A stretch of 25,000 nucleotides of DNA from Takakia lepidozioides (Eukaryota > Plantae > Bryophyta). Numbering within the stretch: the first letter of the stretch is position 1; every line of letters begins with the position of its first letter. The stretch lies in NCBI GenBank assembly GCA_030704615.1, contig JAKLZA010000018.1:1-25000 (forward strand), written 5' to 3'. A model generated the notes under the pieces. That model made no database searches. It was given only the letters and a program-made list of their open reading frames with translations, and was not told where the DNA came from. Shown here piece by piece: positions 1 to 9,563 of the stretch. Position numbers and translations under genes: made by a program.

Positions 1-650
1 ATACCGAACGCCAACAATTCAAAATTAAGATGTTCTCTGATATGAGTCCAATCTCTGATATGAGTTCAAAACATGGTTGTGAATACTGGCTGCACGTTAA
101 ATAAAGTAAAAGAGTATATGTTTTGAGGTTCTTTACTTTATTTGTTTACAAGTAGCTTACCTTGAGCTTCAGCCATCTGAATCCTCTATAGTGCTTGCCA
201 AGTCCACCAAAAGATTGTAGGCTTCTCTACTCACTGAGGAATGATCCACTATCATAACTTCATTTAAACGAGTGCAACTCTCATGAGCCAAGTGACAATA
301 ATGAGACAAAAAGTAATGCAAATGGAAGCACTCCAATTCTTCTCTCCTTTTCCTCTACCATATGCCAAGTCAGCTCAAAGGACACAACGACCGTGTGGCA
401 AGTCTGGAATCTGAAATAGGGTTGGGTTAGGTGCCCGACGTCAAGCCCTATGTGTCTGTACTCCTCATGGCCCCAAATCTTGGGTGCCAATGTGCTCAAC
501 AGCGCCATCAACGTGCATGTCCTCAATGTGCAAAAGTCCACCTAGAAATAGACCAACAACGTAATCAAAAGTCAACGTTTACTTGAGGTTGCTACAACTT
601 GTCCAAATCAGAAATTGAAAACAAAATTGAAGAGGTTTCATACTTAACTC

Positions 651-2333
651 ACCCGTGCAACCTCTCATACTCACCAAAGCAGCGAGCTAGAGCATGCGAG
701 GGACGATATCTACCCATCTCGTTGATCTGGCGAACAAGATGGTTGTTCCAGACACCTAGATACTCGTCGACAACTGCCTGGAGAATGGGGACATACACCT
801 CAACAAATGATGCCCGTTGATAACGATCATCTGGAATGAAGAGCCCCTCAAGAACCATCTCTTGGATTGCACTCTTGTAATACCACATAACTTTCTCCCA
901 GAGCTGCCTCCACCAATGCCCAATACGCTACACACAAGTTCCATTTATAAAAGAAAATTATTGGTCAAGATACCAAAAAAAAATGTGCATACATTTAGTC
1001 ACACTTCACATAGGTGCCTAGTTATCAATCATATTTATTTAATACAACAAGGCTATTTAAAAATAAAATAAAATGCAATCATAGCTTTAATAACTTCTGT
1101 TTTACCTGATTGTGCATAGAAGAACCAACAAAAAAAAGGTTTCTTGTTGTTGCTCGTGCTTGTTCTATGTGCTGATGAATGAGGGTATGTTCACATGCAA
1201 AATCAGATCTAACACGTAGTGGGGCTCCGAACTTATATATAGCTACTCTGAATGGCTCATAGATAGTCTCCTTAGTCTATCCTTAGCTACTGTCGCGTAG
1301 AGCACGTAACGAGAGGCGCCATCTATGCAGCCATGTACTCACAGACCATACATTGAAAGCTTATCAGAGGGTGCATGAGCGCAATACATTTTAAAGTTTA
1401 GAATTAATCAAAAAGAAATCAAGTGAACAAAACATATGCATAAATAGAAAAGAGATAGCATTATAATGAATATCATAAACTTACAGTCAATATGCCACAA
1501 TGTCATTGGTGTTGTAACATTGTATTGAGGCCGCGCTAGGGGGTAATGCTCTATACCTCTTTTATTTATTTTTTTCTTTTTTCTTTTTTAAATTTAAAGG
1601 GGATGAAGCCCCAATCTTTTATTAATAACGGGGAAAAAATAAACCCTTGTGGGGCCATAAGGCATGCATACCTGACGGTGAGGGACGAACCCAGAGTTCT
1701 TTTAACGGAGAGAGAACCATCCGAGCGGATGAATGATAAATCCTACGATTGAGAGCTAAACGAGGAAAAGTCACGAGTGATAGCAGAAGCTCGCGAGATG
1801 CGAACTCCTGAGTGAGGGCTAGGATTAGAATCGAAGCCAGCAAGCTCAGACTAAGACCTACCATGGCGATCAAGAGAGGACCTCTTTTCATAGTGAGCCC
1901 CTAAGAAATTAATCAATGGAAAAGAAAGGTCATAAAGAATAAAAACAAGGAATGTGCCATTGATAACCAACACATCTACCAATTCCACATGTTTAATGGT
2001 ACCTTATAACACTTGCAATGCTCTTGCGATCTTCCGCCTGGGAGCCCTCACATTCAACTGTGTCAGGGCTACTTTGACGTGCAAAATGCCCCAATTTGCA
2101 CCATGCTCCCCAATTGGAAGAGTGGATTGAATTCTTTTTGACAATTCCTCAATGGTGAAGCTACCATATACCTTGAATTTGTAACCCAGGGCCTTTGTCA
2201 AAAGCCTCGTCAACTATCTAGGGTCTTTAATACTTAGAGCTTCAACAACTTTTTTGAAAGTAACTCCTTGGTTGAGCATGGTCTGAACATAGGTCACTAG
2301 GTCTGCCATAGGCTGAACACCCTGATCAGCCAT
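651..2333 (-). mobile_element. Decayed, intron-containing DDE (integrase-core type, IS3EU-like) transposase
   Basis: Minus-strand pieces join into a recognisable transposase. 2333-2003 reads MADQG...GANWGILHVKVALTQLNVRAPRRKIARALQVL with an in-frame TAG at 2216-2214. ~1390-1106 reads YCAHAPSDKLSMYGL*VHGCIDGASRYVLY...(frameshift)...FRVAIYKFGAPLRVRSDFACEH...GSSMHNQ. After a GT..AG intron at 1105-928, 927-653 reads RIGHWWRQLWEKVMWYY...VYVPILQAVVDEYLGVWNNHLVRQ. This matches the HGxIDGxSR / PxRVRxD / SxHNQRIExxW / WNxHxxR motif series. The last catalytic Glu reads Gly, and the first WHxD motif appears deleted. Confidence 0.8.
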
Positions 2334-2767
2334 AACTAAAAAGTAGTTGCAATAATCACTGTGCCATAGCTGCATCCAAAGAAACTAGGGTTAATTGAAC
2401 TACCTAATGTTACTTCAGCTCATGATTTTCCTGAGAATTTGGAAAAAAAACTAAAACAACCACAACTATATTCAATCAGTTTGTCTCTTAACCACTTCCT
2501 CTCTCCACCGGAGCGCCAAAAAGCTAACCACTCATCGATTCCTTGTCACAATCTGAGGCTGCAAACGACCCTAGCCAGAAGAAGGGTATCGAGGTGCATG
2601 GCGTCAAAGCTCCACAGTCCGCATTCGCCGCGACCCACCGAACTGAACCCTCAATAATTCTCCCAAAAATCCCAAATCCGACCTCCAACTCCCAAACCAC
2701 CGCAAACTAATGTTCAGGAACCCTAAACCCCCAAAACACCATGTTTTCCCCTACCTCGAACAAACCC

Positions 2768-2783
2768 TGCCCGCGCGCGGGCA
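2768..2783. repeat. Perfect 16-bp GC palindrome TGCCCGCGCGCGGGCA
   Basis: Self-reverse-complementary as read directly; lies upstream of the transposase start. Confidence 0.8.
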
Positions 2784-3258
2784 TTCTACAGAAAAATTTG
2801 GATCGTATGGAATTCCCGTATAAATTTACTCGGTATTCATATAAATACTTGGTATAAAGTATGGTCACGCAAGACCGCCATCCTCCCAGGGGTAATCTGT
2901 GGTAGCCGACATCTTTCCAGTGGCAACCGGCATTTTTCCAGTGGACATGGGCATATTTCCCGTGGTCATGGGTGCAAAACTGAAAGAGAAAGCATGGCCT
3001 TTTGGCATCGATGTGAGCTTGTTGGGTCATAGCCTATCGGCCTAGTGCCGGGTTCCATGGGCACTCCTAAGGCCCAAGCAACCGTGAGGGAATCGCCCCT
3101 TAAAAATGAGAAAGGGTGGACACCTTTCCGGTCACCCCTCTAAAATCTTGGCACCAATTGCCATGTAGTCCCATCACATAGTTAATGCTGATTAATATAA
3201 GTTTTAGATGAAGAGGTCAAAATTCATCCCCTCTCTGAAAATCTAATCTACTTTGGAT

Positions 3259-3540
3259 CAGTGACATTTTTTTTTCTGGCGAATAATCGCCAGATTTCGA
3301 CCTGGAAAATGGGTCAGCTATTTTTACTAAGGAATTATGGGAATAAAAATCAAGAAAATCGCCAGAAAGCGCCAAAGGATAAATACCAGGAGCCAGATTT
3401 GTCCTACGTGGACCTGTAAAAATATGACACCTGTGATATAGCCTTCTTTTCCAGCTCTGTCACCTCGTTATTCTCGCCAGTTGGGTAGAATCTACATGTC
3501 GCCCTGCCTGCGATTTTGGAAAAGTGAAAAAAGAACACTG
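3259..3540. mobile_element. Non-autonomous hAT-type MITE (282 bp)
   Basis: Termini CAGTG...CACTG (CAGTGACATTTTTT vs reverse complement CAGTGTTCTTTTTT). Flanked by a perfect 8-bp direct repeat CTTTGGAT (3251-3258 and 3541-3548). Repeated internal TCGCCAG/CTGGCGA motifs. An 8-bp TSD with CAG termini is typical of hAT. Confidence 0.85.
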
Positions 3541-4055
3541 CTTTGGATGAAGGAAAAGACAAAGGTGTCAGTCAGCTAGGGACGCCGCTAAACTTGATAT
3601 CCCCTTAACGTCTTTTGTACTACTGTGCGGGAGTTCTCCTGTCCTCTGCATGTCAACGGATGTAAAGGGCGGGTAGTGTGGACTTAGAAGAGCAGGCTTT
3701 GTAGACGGGACATCAGGTCCCGCAGAGGAATACGCTCAACTCGGGATTCGATCCCTAGTTCCAGCCTTAGGTTAGCAGAAGAGAAATTCAAAATCCAACG
3801 AGGAATGATCCGCTGCCGAGACGCGGCAGGAAACGAGAGTGTAGGGCAGCCGTGCTCTGTGTCTCGCAGACGTGCTCTGCTATGAGCACCCGTCTGCTTG
3901 AACCTTTGCTGTCTCTCCATCATGAACGAGGTTGAAGCTTTCATGGGTAGACAAGGAAGTTGGGAGATACTTTACTCGGGACAGAAGCTGCATGCTGCAA
4001 GTGAGCAGCGCAGGTTGCACAAGTTTGAGAGGGAGCAGCATCGCGTACAATATGT

Positions 4056-7000
4056 ATGGCATGCGTGGCGTCCTCCACATTTTCTGGTAAGTGCCCTCAC
4101 AATTGTCCCGGACGCCACGCTGATTGCAAGACTGGCCCTGTCATGAAAACTTCAAGAATTTCTGGACTCTACACACAGTACGGGACGCCTGCGCAGTTTC
4201 CGAACCGCATTGTGTTGAGATTTAGCTCAAACTGTTTCAAACCGATTGCGCGACAGTGGAGACGAGTAGAGGAGGACCAAATTGAAAGAGAGAGGGATAA
4301 GCCAGGAGGTCACTTATGCAAATATCCAAAAATCAAATATGCAGACGTGGAGAAGCTCCAGAACCAGTATGGTGCAGACCCCAGTCAATGGTGGGGAAAT
4401 CGAAGCACGCAGATCCATCCTATAAGACCAGACAAGAATAGCAACGAGGAACTGTGGATTGATAGCTACGAGAAACCTACTTGGGTGCCTGGTAAATTGG
4501 AGAAGCTGCATGCACCTAGGGCCAAATATCCAAAAATTAGAAATAAAGACGAGGAGAAGCGGTGGAAGGACTATTTTTCAAACCCCAGTCAATGCTGGGA
4601 CAATCGAGGCAGAAAGATGCAACCTCGAGGACCAGATTTCAAGCGCAAGAGTACCTACGAGGGGCTATGGGTTGCTGGCGACAAAAAACCTGTGTGGGTG
4701 GATGGTGAATTGAAAGCAGTAACAGCACAAATGTGTGAGTCAGGCAGCCCCCCCATGATAGACTCTTTTCAAAGATGCGGGTATGTGAAGACACTCTGTA
4801 AGGTAGGACAACTGAAAGCAGCCCTGCAGATTTTGAACCAAGGAGGCATTTCTGTAGACTCCAAAACTTATGTTTGTCTATTACAGGAGTGCATCAAGAG
4901 GAAAGGCCTGGCAGAGGGAAAGGAGGTGCAAGCCCACATTATCCAAAGTGGATTCAAGCCAGACATCTTTCTACACAACACCCTTGTCAACATGCATGCT
5001 AAGTGCGGGAGCATTGTGGATGCCCGACTAGTGTTTGACGAAATGCCTGAAAGAGGTACGGTGACATGGAATATAATGATAGCAGGATATGCCAACCGGG
5101 GATATTGTCAGGAGGCCCTCGAGACCTATCAGCAAATGATAGAGATAGGGGTGGCACCCAACCGGGTTACGTTCATTTGCGTACTCAAGGCATGTGCTGG
5201 CCTAGCAGATCTGGAAAAGGGCAAAGATGTCCATGCTGACATCCTGAAATCTGGAACTGTGCCAAATATCATCATGAATAATACCCTTGTCAATATGTAC
5301 TCCAAATGTGGGAGCATGGAGGATGCAAAGGGAGTGTTCAACAGTATGACTGAACGAGATGTGGTCTCATGGAGTGGGATGATGGCAGGATATGCGCAGC
5401 ATGGGTGTGGGATGGAGGCTTTGGAGGCTTATGAGCAAATGATCCGGGATGGGGTGAAGCCTGACCAGATCACCTTTGTTGCCATTTGCAATGCGTGTGC
5501 CAGCCTGGCAGACCTGGAAAAGGGCAAAGAGCTCCATGCTGACATCATGAAAGCTGGAATTGTACCAGATATCATTCTGGATACTGCCCTTGTCAACATG
5601 TATGCCAAATGTGGGAGCATTGACGATGCAATACGAGTATTCAGTAATATGGCTGACCGAGATCTGGTTTCATGGAGTGCAATGGTTGGAGGATATGCGC
5701 AACATGGGTATGGAATGGAGGCTTTAAAGACCTATGGACAAATGGTGCAGAAACGGGTGAAGCCCGACCAGGTCACATATGTTTGCGTGTGCAATGCGTG
5801 TACCAGCCTGGGAGCCTTGGACAAAGCCAAAGAGGTGCATGCTGATATTGTGAAAGCAGGTATTGTTCCAAATATCATCTTGGGCACTACCCTTGTTGAC
5901 ATGTATGCCAAATGTGGGAGCATCGAGGATGCAAAGCGAGTGTTCGACAATATGGCTGAACGAAATGTCGTGTCATGGAACACGATGATTGCAATATATG
6001 CCCAGCGTGGGTGTGGGATGGAGGCTTTAGAGACATACAACCAGATGATGCTGGAAGGGGTGAAGCCTGACGAGGTCACATTTGTTTGCGTTTGCAATGC
6101 CTGTGCCAGCCTTGCAGCTCTGGAAAAGGGCAGAGAGTTCCATGCTTACATCATGAATGCTGGAATTGTACCAAATATCAATCTCAACAACACCCTCATA
6201 GACATGTATGCCAAATGCGGGAGCATGGAGGATGCAAAGGGAGTATTCGACAGTGTGGCTGAACGGGATGTGGTCTCATGGAATGCAATGATCGCAGGCT
6301 ATGCCCAGCATGGTTGTCTAAGGGAGGCCCTGGAACTATTTGAAGAAATGCAAAAGGAAGGGTTGAAACCAACAAGTATCACCTTTATATGTGTTCTCTG
6401 TGCATGTAGCCATGGGGGCCTAGTGGATGAAAGCAGACACTACTTTCATTCCCTTAGTCAAGATCATGGCCTCACTCCTACAGTGGAGCACTTTGGCTGC
6501 ATGGTGGACCTTCTTGGCCGTGCGGGCCAATTGGATGAGGCAGAGGACTTCATAAACAAAATGCCAATCCAACCTTATGCTACGGTGTGGAAAGCCTTGC
6601 TTGGTGCCTGCAGAATTCATGGCAACATAGAGGTAGCAGAGCGTGCGGCAAAATCTATTTTCAAGTGGGATCAACAGGACGCAGCAACTTATGTGTTGCT
6701 ATCCAACATCTATGCTGCAGCTGGCAGGTGGGATGATACTGCAAAGGTGAGAAAAATGATGAAGGCCAGAGGTGTCAGAAAGGAGCCAGGTCGTTGCTGC
6801 ATTGAGGTTGGCAATGGGGTGCACACATTTGTGGTAGGTGATGAATTGCATCCTCAAATCAAGGAAATCCATGCTGAGCTGAGAAGATTGTCTGGGCAGA
6901 TGGAGGAGGCAGGGTATGTGCCTGACACACGCTTTGTATTGCATGAATGGGAAGAGGAGCAAAAGGAATATTCTCTTTGCTACCACAGTGAGAAGCTGGC

Positions 7001-7193
7001 GATTGCTTTTGGGCTGATCAGCACAGCCCCTGGGACACCTCTTCATATCATCAAAAACCTTCGGGTGTGTGGTGACTGCCACACAGCCACCAAGTTCATC
7101 TCAAAGATAGTTGGGAGAGAAATTATTGTACGGGATGCGAACCGCTTTCACCACTTCCAGAATGGGACTTGTTCTTGCGGGGAGTACTGGTGA
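4056..7193 (+). CDS. PLS-class PPR-DYW C-to-U RNA editing factor with N-terminal OSB-type PDF repeats (copy 1, 1045 aa)
   Basis: Single open ORF. Ser/Thr/Arg-rich putative transit peptide; 2 PDF-like repeats (4344-4712); L-S-(P-L-S)x4-P2-L2-S2 array (4860-6578, 17 motifs); E1-E2; DYW domain from 6786 with HSEKLA, CGDCH, HHF, CSC and terminal EYW. The start codon is plausible but unproven. Confidence 0.95.
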   Translation: MACVASSTFSGKCPHNCPGRHADCKTGPVMKTSRISGLYTQYGTPAQFPNRIVLRFSSNCFKPIARQWRRVEEDQIERERDKPGGHLCKYPKIKYADVEKLQNQYGADPSQWWGNRSTQIHPIRPDKNSNEELWIDSYEKPTWVPGKLEKLHAPRAKYPKIRNKDEEKRWKDYFSNPSQCWDNRGRKMQPRGPDFKRKSTYEGLWVAGDKKPVWVDGELKAVTAQMCESGSPPMIDSFQRCGYVKTLCKVGQLKAALQILNQGGISVDSKTYVCLLQECIKRKGLAEGKEVQAHIIQSGFKPDIFLHNTLVNMHAKCGSIVDARLVFDEMPERGTVTWNIMIAGYANRGYCQEALETYQQMIEIGVAPNRVTFICVLKACAGLADLEKGKDVHADILKSGTVPNIIMNNTLVNMYSKCGSMEDAKGVFNSMTERDVVSWSGMMAGYAQHGCGMEALEAYEQMIRDGVKPDQITFVAICNACASLADLEKGKELHADIMKAGIVPDIILDTALVNMYAKCGSIDDAIRVFSNMADRDLVSWSAMVGGYAQHGYGMEALKTYGQMVQKRVKPDQVTYVCVCNACTSLGALDKAKEVHADIVKAGIVPNIILGTTLVDMYAKCGSIEDAKRVFDNMAERNVVSWNTMIAIYAQRGCGMEALETYNQMMLEGVKPDEVTFVCVCNACASLAALEKGREFHAYIMNAGIVPNINLNNTLIDMYAKCGSMEDAKGVFDSVAERDVVSWNAMIAGYAQHGCLREALELFEEMQKEGLKPTSITFICVLCACSHGGLVDESRHYFHSLSQDHGLTPTVEHFGCMVDLLGRAGQLDEAEDFINKMPIQPYATVWKALLGACRIHGNIEVAERAAKSIFKWDQQDAATYVLLSNIYAAAGRWDDTAKVRKMMKARGVRKEPGRCCIEVGNGVHTFVVGDELHPQIKEIHAELRRLSGQMEEAGYVPDTRFVLHEWEEEQKEYSLCYHSEKLAIAFGLISTAPGTPLHIIKNLRVCGDCHTATKFISKIVGREIIVRDANRFHHFQNGTCSCGEYW
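4344..4712 (+). repeat. Two tandem PDF (OSB-like) motif repeats in copy 1
   Basis: DVEKLQNQYGADPSQWWGNR..HPIRPD-KNSNEELWIDSYEKPTWV and DEEKRWKDYFSNPSQCWDNRGRKMQPRGPDFKRKSTYEGLWVAGDKKPVWV. Starts are 204 bp apart; the first unit lacks the FKH/FKR residues. Confidence 0.85.
4860..6578 (+). repeat. PPR array of copy 1 (303-bp P-L-S period)
   Basis: 35+35+31-aa triplets; five KCGS-containing S motifs followed by P2-L2-S2. Confidence 0.95.
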
Positions 7194-7545
7194 AATGATG
7201 CTTTTCTCGTAAGCTGGTTCATTTTACCCTTTTCGGGGAATGGTGGCTATGACCTACTGTTGAGGACATTTCCTTTGTGGCATACAACCCTTCTCAGCCC
7301 TGATTCTGAGGTCTACCCACCATCAGATTAGATCATGCTTCCCGATAAGCAGCGGCGGTCTGGTTACAGGCTGTAAGTGTTGTTGTTCAGGGTGGTAAAG
7401 ATCAAAATGTGGAGGCCTGCACTGCTGCTTCAGCTACTATGTGGCCAAAGATTTGACACGTGGCTAGTGTTGGATTGCATTGTCATGTCTTGAAGGAAGA
7501 CACAAAGATTTTATTCATTTCCTGCACCAAGAGGGTACGGGACAA

Positions 7546-7780
7546 GTGGTCTGTGCAGGGGGTCATCTTCAAATGCTCTACAACCTGGGAAAAAAGGTAT
7601 GTGTTGATCAGTTGCAAACCCCTGATTTCTTGCCCTTATTCTGGTATCTCTGGCCATTTTTCTACCCATCCAATATGTGGGACCATAGATGTATCTACTA
7701 CTCAGGATCACACTGGTCTCTCTGTTTCCTTTTCTTATGTGATGCATCCCCTATGCTGCCCCATGATCTGTCCTAAATTC
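7546..7780 (+). repeat. Diverged interspersed repeat, similar to ~15146-15385
   Basis: Shared collinear blocks such as CTGTGCAGGGG..ATCTTCA.ATG...TACAACCTGGGA...AGGTATGT, CCATCCAA, CATAGAT and TGGTCTC. Boundaries approximate. Confidence 0.6.
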
Positions 7781-8210
7781 TCATCTCTTCACTCTCAATG
7801 GCACAAGAAAGTCGCGTCTGCATACTTGTGTAGGACTGCACTCAAGAGTGTTGTACATGGAGTTAATCAGGCCTGTTGCTGTACTGCAGATGAATTGTGG
7901 ACAGAGGTTCTGTGTATGCAGTAACTTATCTTGCCGGCACCTATAGGAAGCCCCTGGTAATCCTTCTCATGTATGCCTTTGTGGTGTGTGACAGTGCAGA
8001 GGAGGTTCAGGACCATTGCAATCCTTTCTTCCTTACCCGTATGACTGCCGTCTAGTCTCCAGGCTTTCAGTGTCAGGCAAGGTGGTACAACATAGGCTTA
8101 AAAAAATATATAAGCCTGGTTGAAACCCAAAATCTAAGACCTGTCTTCTCCACTAAGTCCCGATACCGATTGTAACAAAAAGAAAAGACAAATGATCAGG
8201 TACTCCTAAC

Positions 8211-8444
8211 CTTGAACATTTTCCTAAAGATATGCACAGCAGCAGCATGAGCAAGTATTGCAAGTGATGGGCAGAGTGATATAGCTCAATAGCCGAGTTT
8301 CCCTCAGAGCACATGTTCAGTCAGAGCATCATTCCAGCCCATGCCCCATCACAGAGAACTGGAAAGGCTCATTGTATGTAATCCAATACTTGACATGATC
8401 CCCAAGGGCAGCAAAACATGCTCCTGCATACTCTTATAAGCTTT
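8211..8444 (-). pseudogene. Orphan, disrupted exon of a glycoside hydrolase family 1 (beta-glucosidase) gene
   Basis: Minus strand reads EYAGACFAALGDHVKYWITYNEPFQFSVMGHG, then after stops and indels CSEGNSAIELYHSAHH and ILAHAAAVHIFRKMFK. Contains the GH1 T(F/Y)NEP acid/base motif. Bounded by a CAG acceptor (8447-8445) and a GT donor (8210-8209). Confidence 0.85.
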
Positions 8445-9563
8445 CTGCCAAGGACCATGATGATTATATGTTTTTAGTTAGGCAAAGAGATTAGTTATCC
8501 TTTACAAAGGGTTCAAAGCAACACTCTTCTGGATGCCCTCAAGCAGGATTAAGCACATGTCATCCTGTGAGGGCAATGACCTGCATATTTCATCATGTCT
8601 CCTTCTGTATGGGTTATAAGTTCTTTGTGTGCAACAAATGGTCTTTGTTAGGGACCACTTGGTTTGTTGACCAGATATGCAGAAATCAAGCCACAGAATG
8701 TGAAAGGTGAACAGTATTTTGATGTCATTTCGAGGAGCACACAAGTGAGAACGGTAGGTTTCAAGCGGTCCAGCCCCCAAAACGAAAGTGAATGAGGAAA
8801 GTTCTGTCACACATCAGGCTGAATCCCTAACCAGAGACCCACTTGCTCAACGTGTGTCTGAGCAAGTGCAAGTTGACAGGAACAGAACCAACAGATTCTC
8901 TACATGACCTGTCTTACTTAGTATTCCTCTCACTATTTTTCGTACCTCCAACTACAGAATCCTTTCTCTCAGAGATGAATTTTTTTGTCTTCTATCCCTC
9001 TATCTGTCAAGGACTGCCAGGAAAAAGCTTTAGCACCTCATACATGATAAGCAAGCTGTTTAGATATGAGAACTCTCTGAGAAGGAATGAATCTAGTGAT
9101 GAACTTAGAAATCCGCCCATGGTGCATTGGTGAAAACACAAACCCTTCTTGATTTTTCAATATATCGTGAGGCACCTGGCTGCTGATCAAGATGTTTTCG
9201 CCGAACACTAAGGTTTCAGGGTCTTATTTCCAGAGCTAACCAGACTGAGGCAGAAGGCAGCAGCGCAGGTTGCGAATGAGCAGCTTATGACAGCACGATC
9301 GTACGCGGGGCATCCTCCAGATGTGGTTGCAAGACTGGCTCTGTTCCGACAGCTTAAAGAATGTAGGGGCTGTACAAACATCACCGTATCCTTGTGCATT
9401 TTTCAAGCCGAATTGAATTAAGCATTCCTTCAAACAGTTTGAAGCGGATTGCGGGTCTATGTAGACCAGCAGAGGAGGATCAAGTTCATGGGCAGGGGAA
9501 TTTGCAAAGAGGTCACATACCTATACAATATCCAGCAGGCCCAAATACAGAGGTGAGGAACGA

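Noticed and set aside
34-65. 14-bp direct repeat TCTCTGATATGAGT (x2)
   Set aside because: A short local duplication at the window edge with no further structure visible.
1535-1903. Possible insertion inside the transposase bounded by TAGGGG...CCCCTA
   Set aside because: The inverted match is only ~6 bp and there is no convincing TSD.
6786-7193. U-to-C (DYW:KP-type) reverse editing factor
   Set aside because: The domains have a PG box and HSEKLA and end in EYW, not the KP/HAE/GRP-type signatures.
7460-7924. 154-aa and overlapping ORFs after copy 1
   Set aside because: They overlap a diverged repeat whose second copy gives no convincingly conserved protein; no domain recognised.
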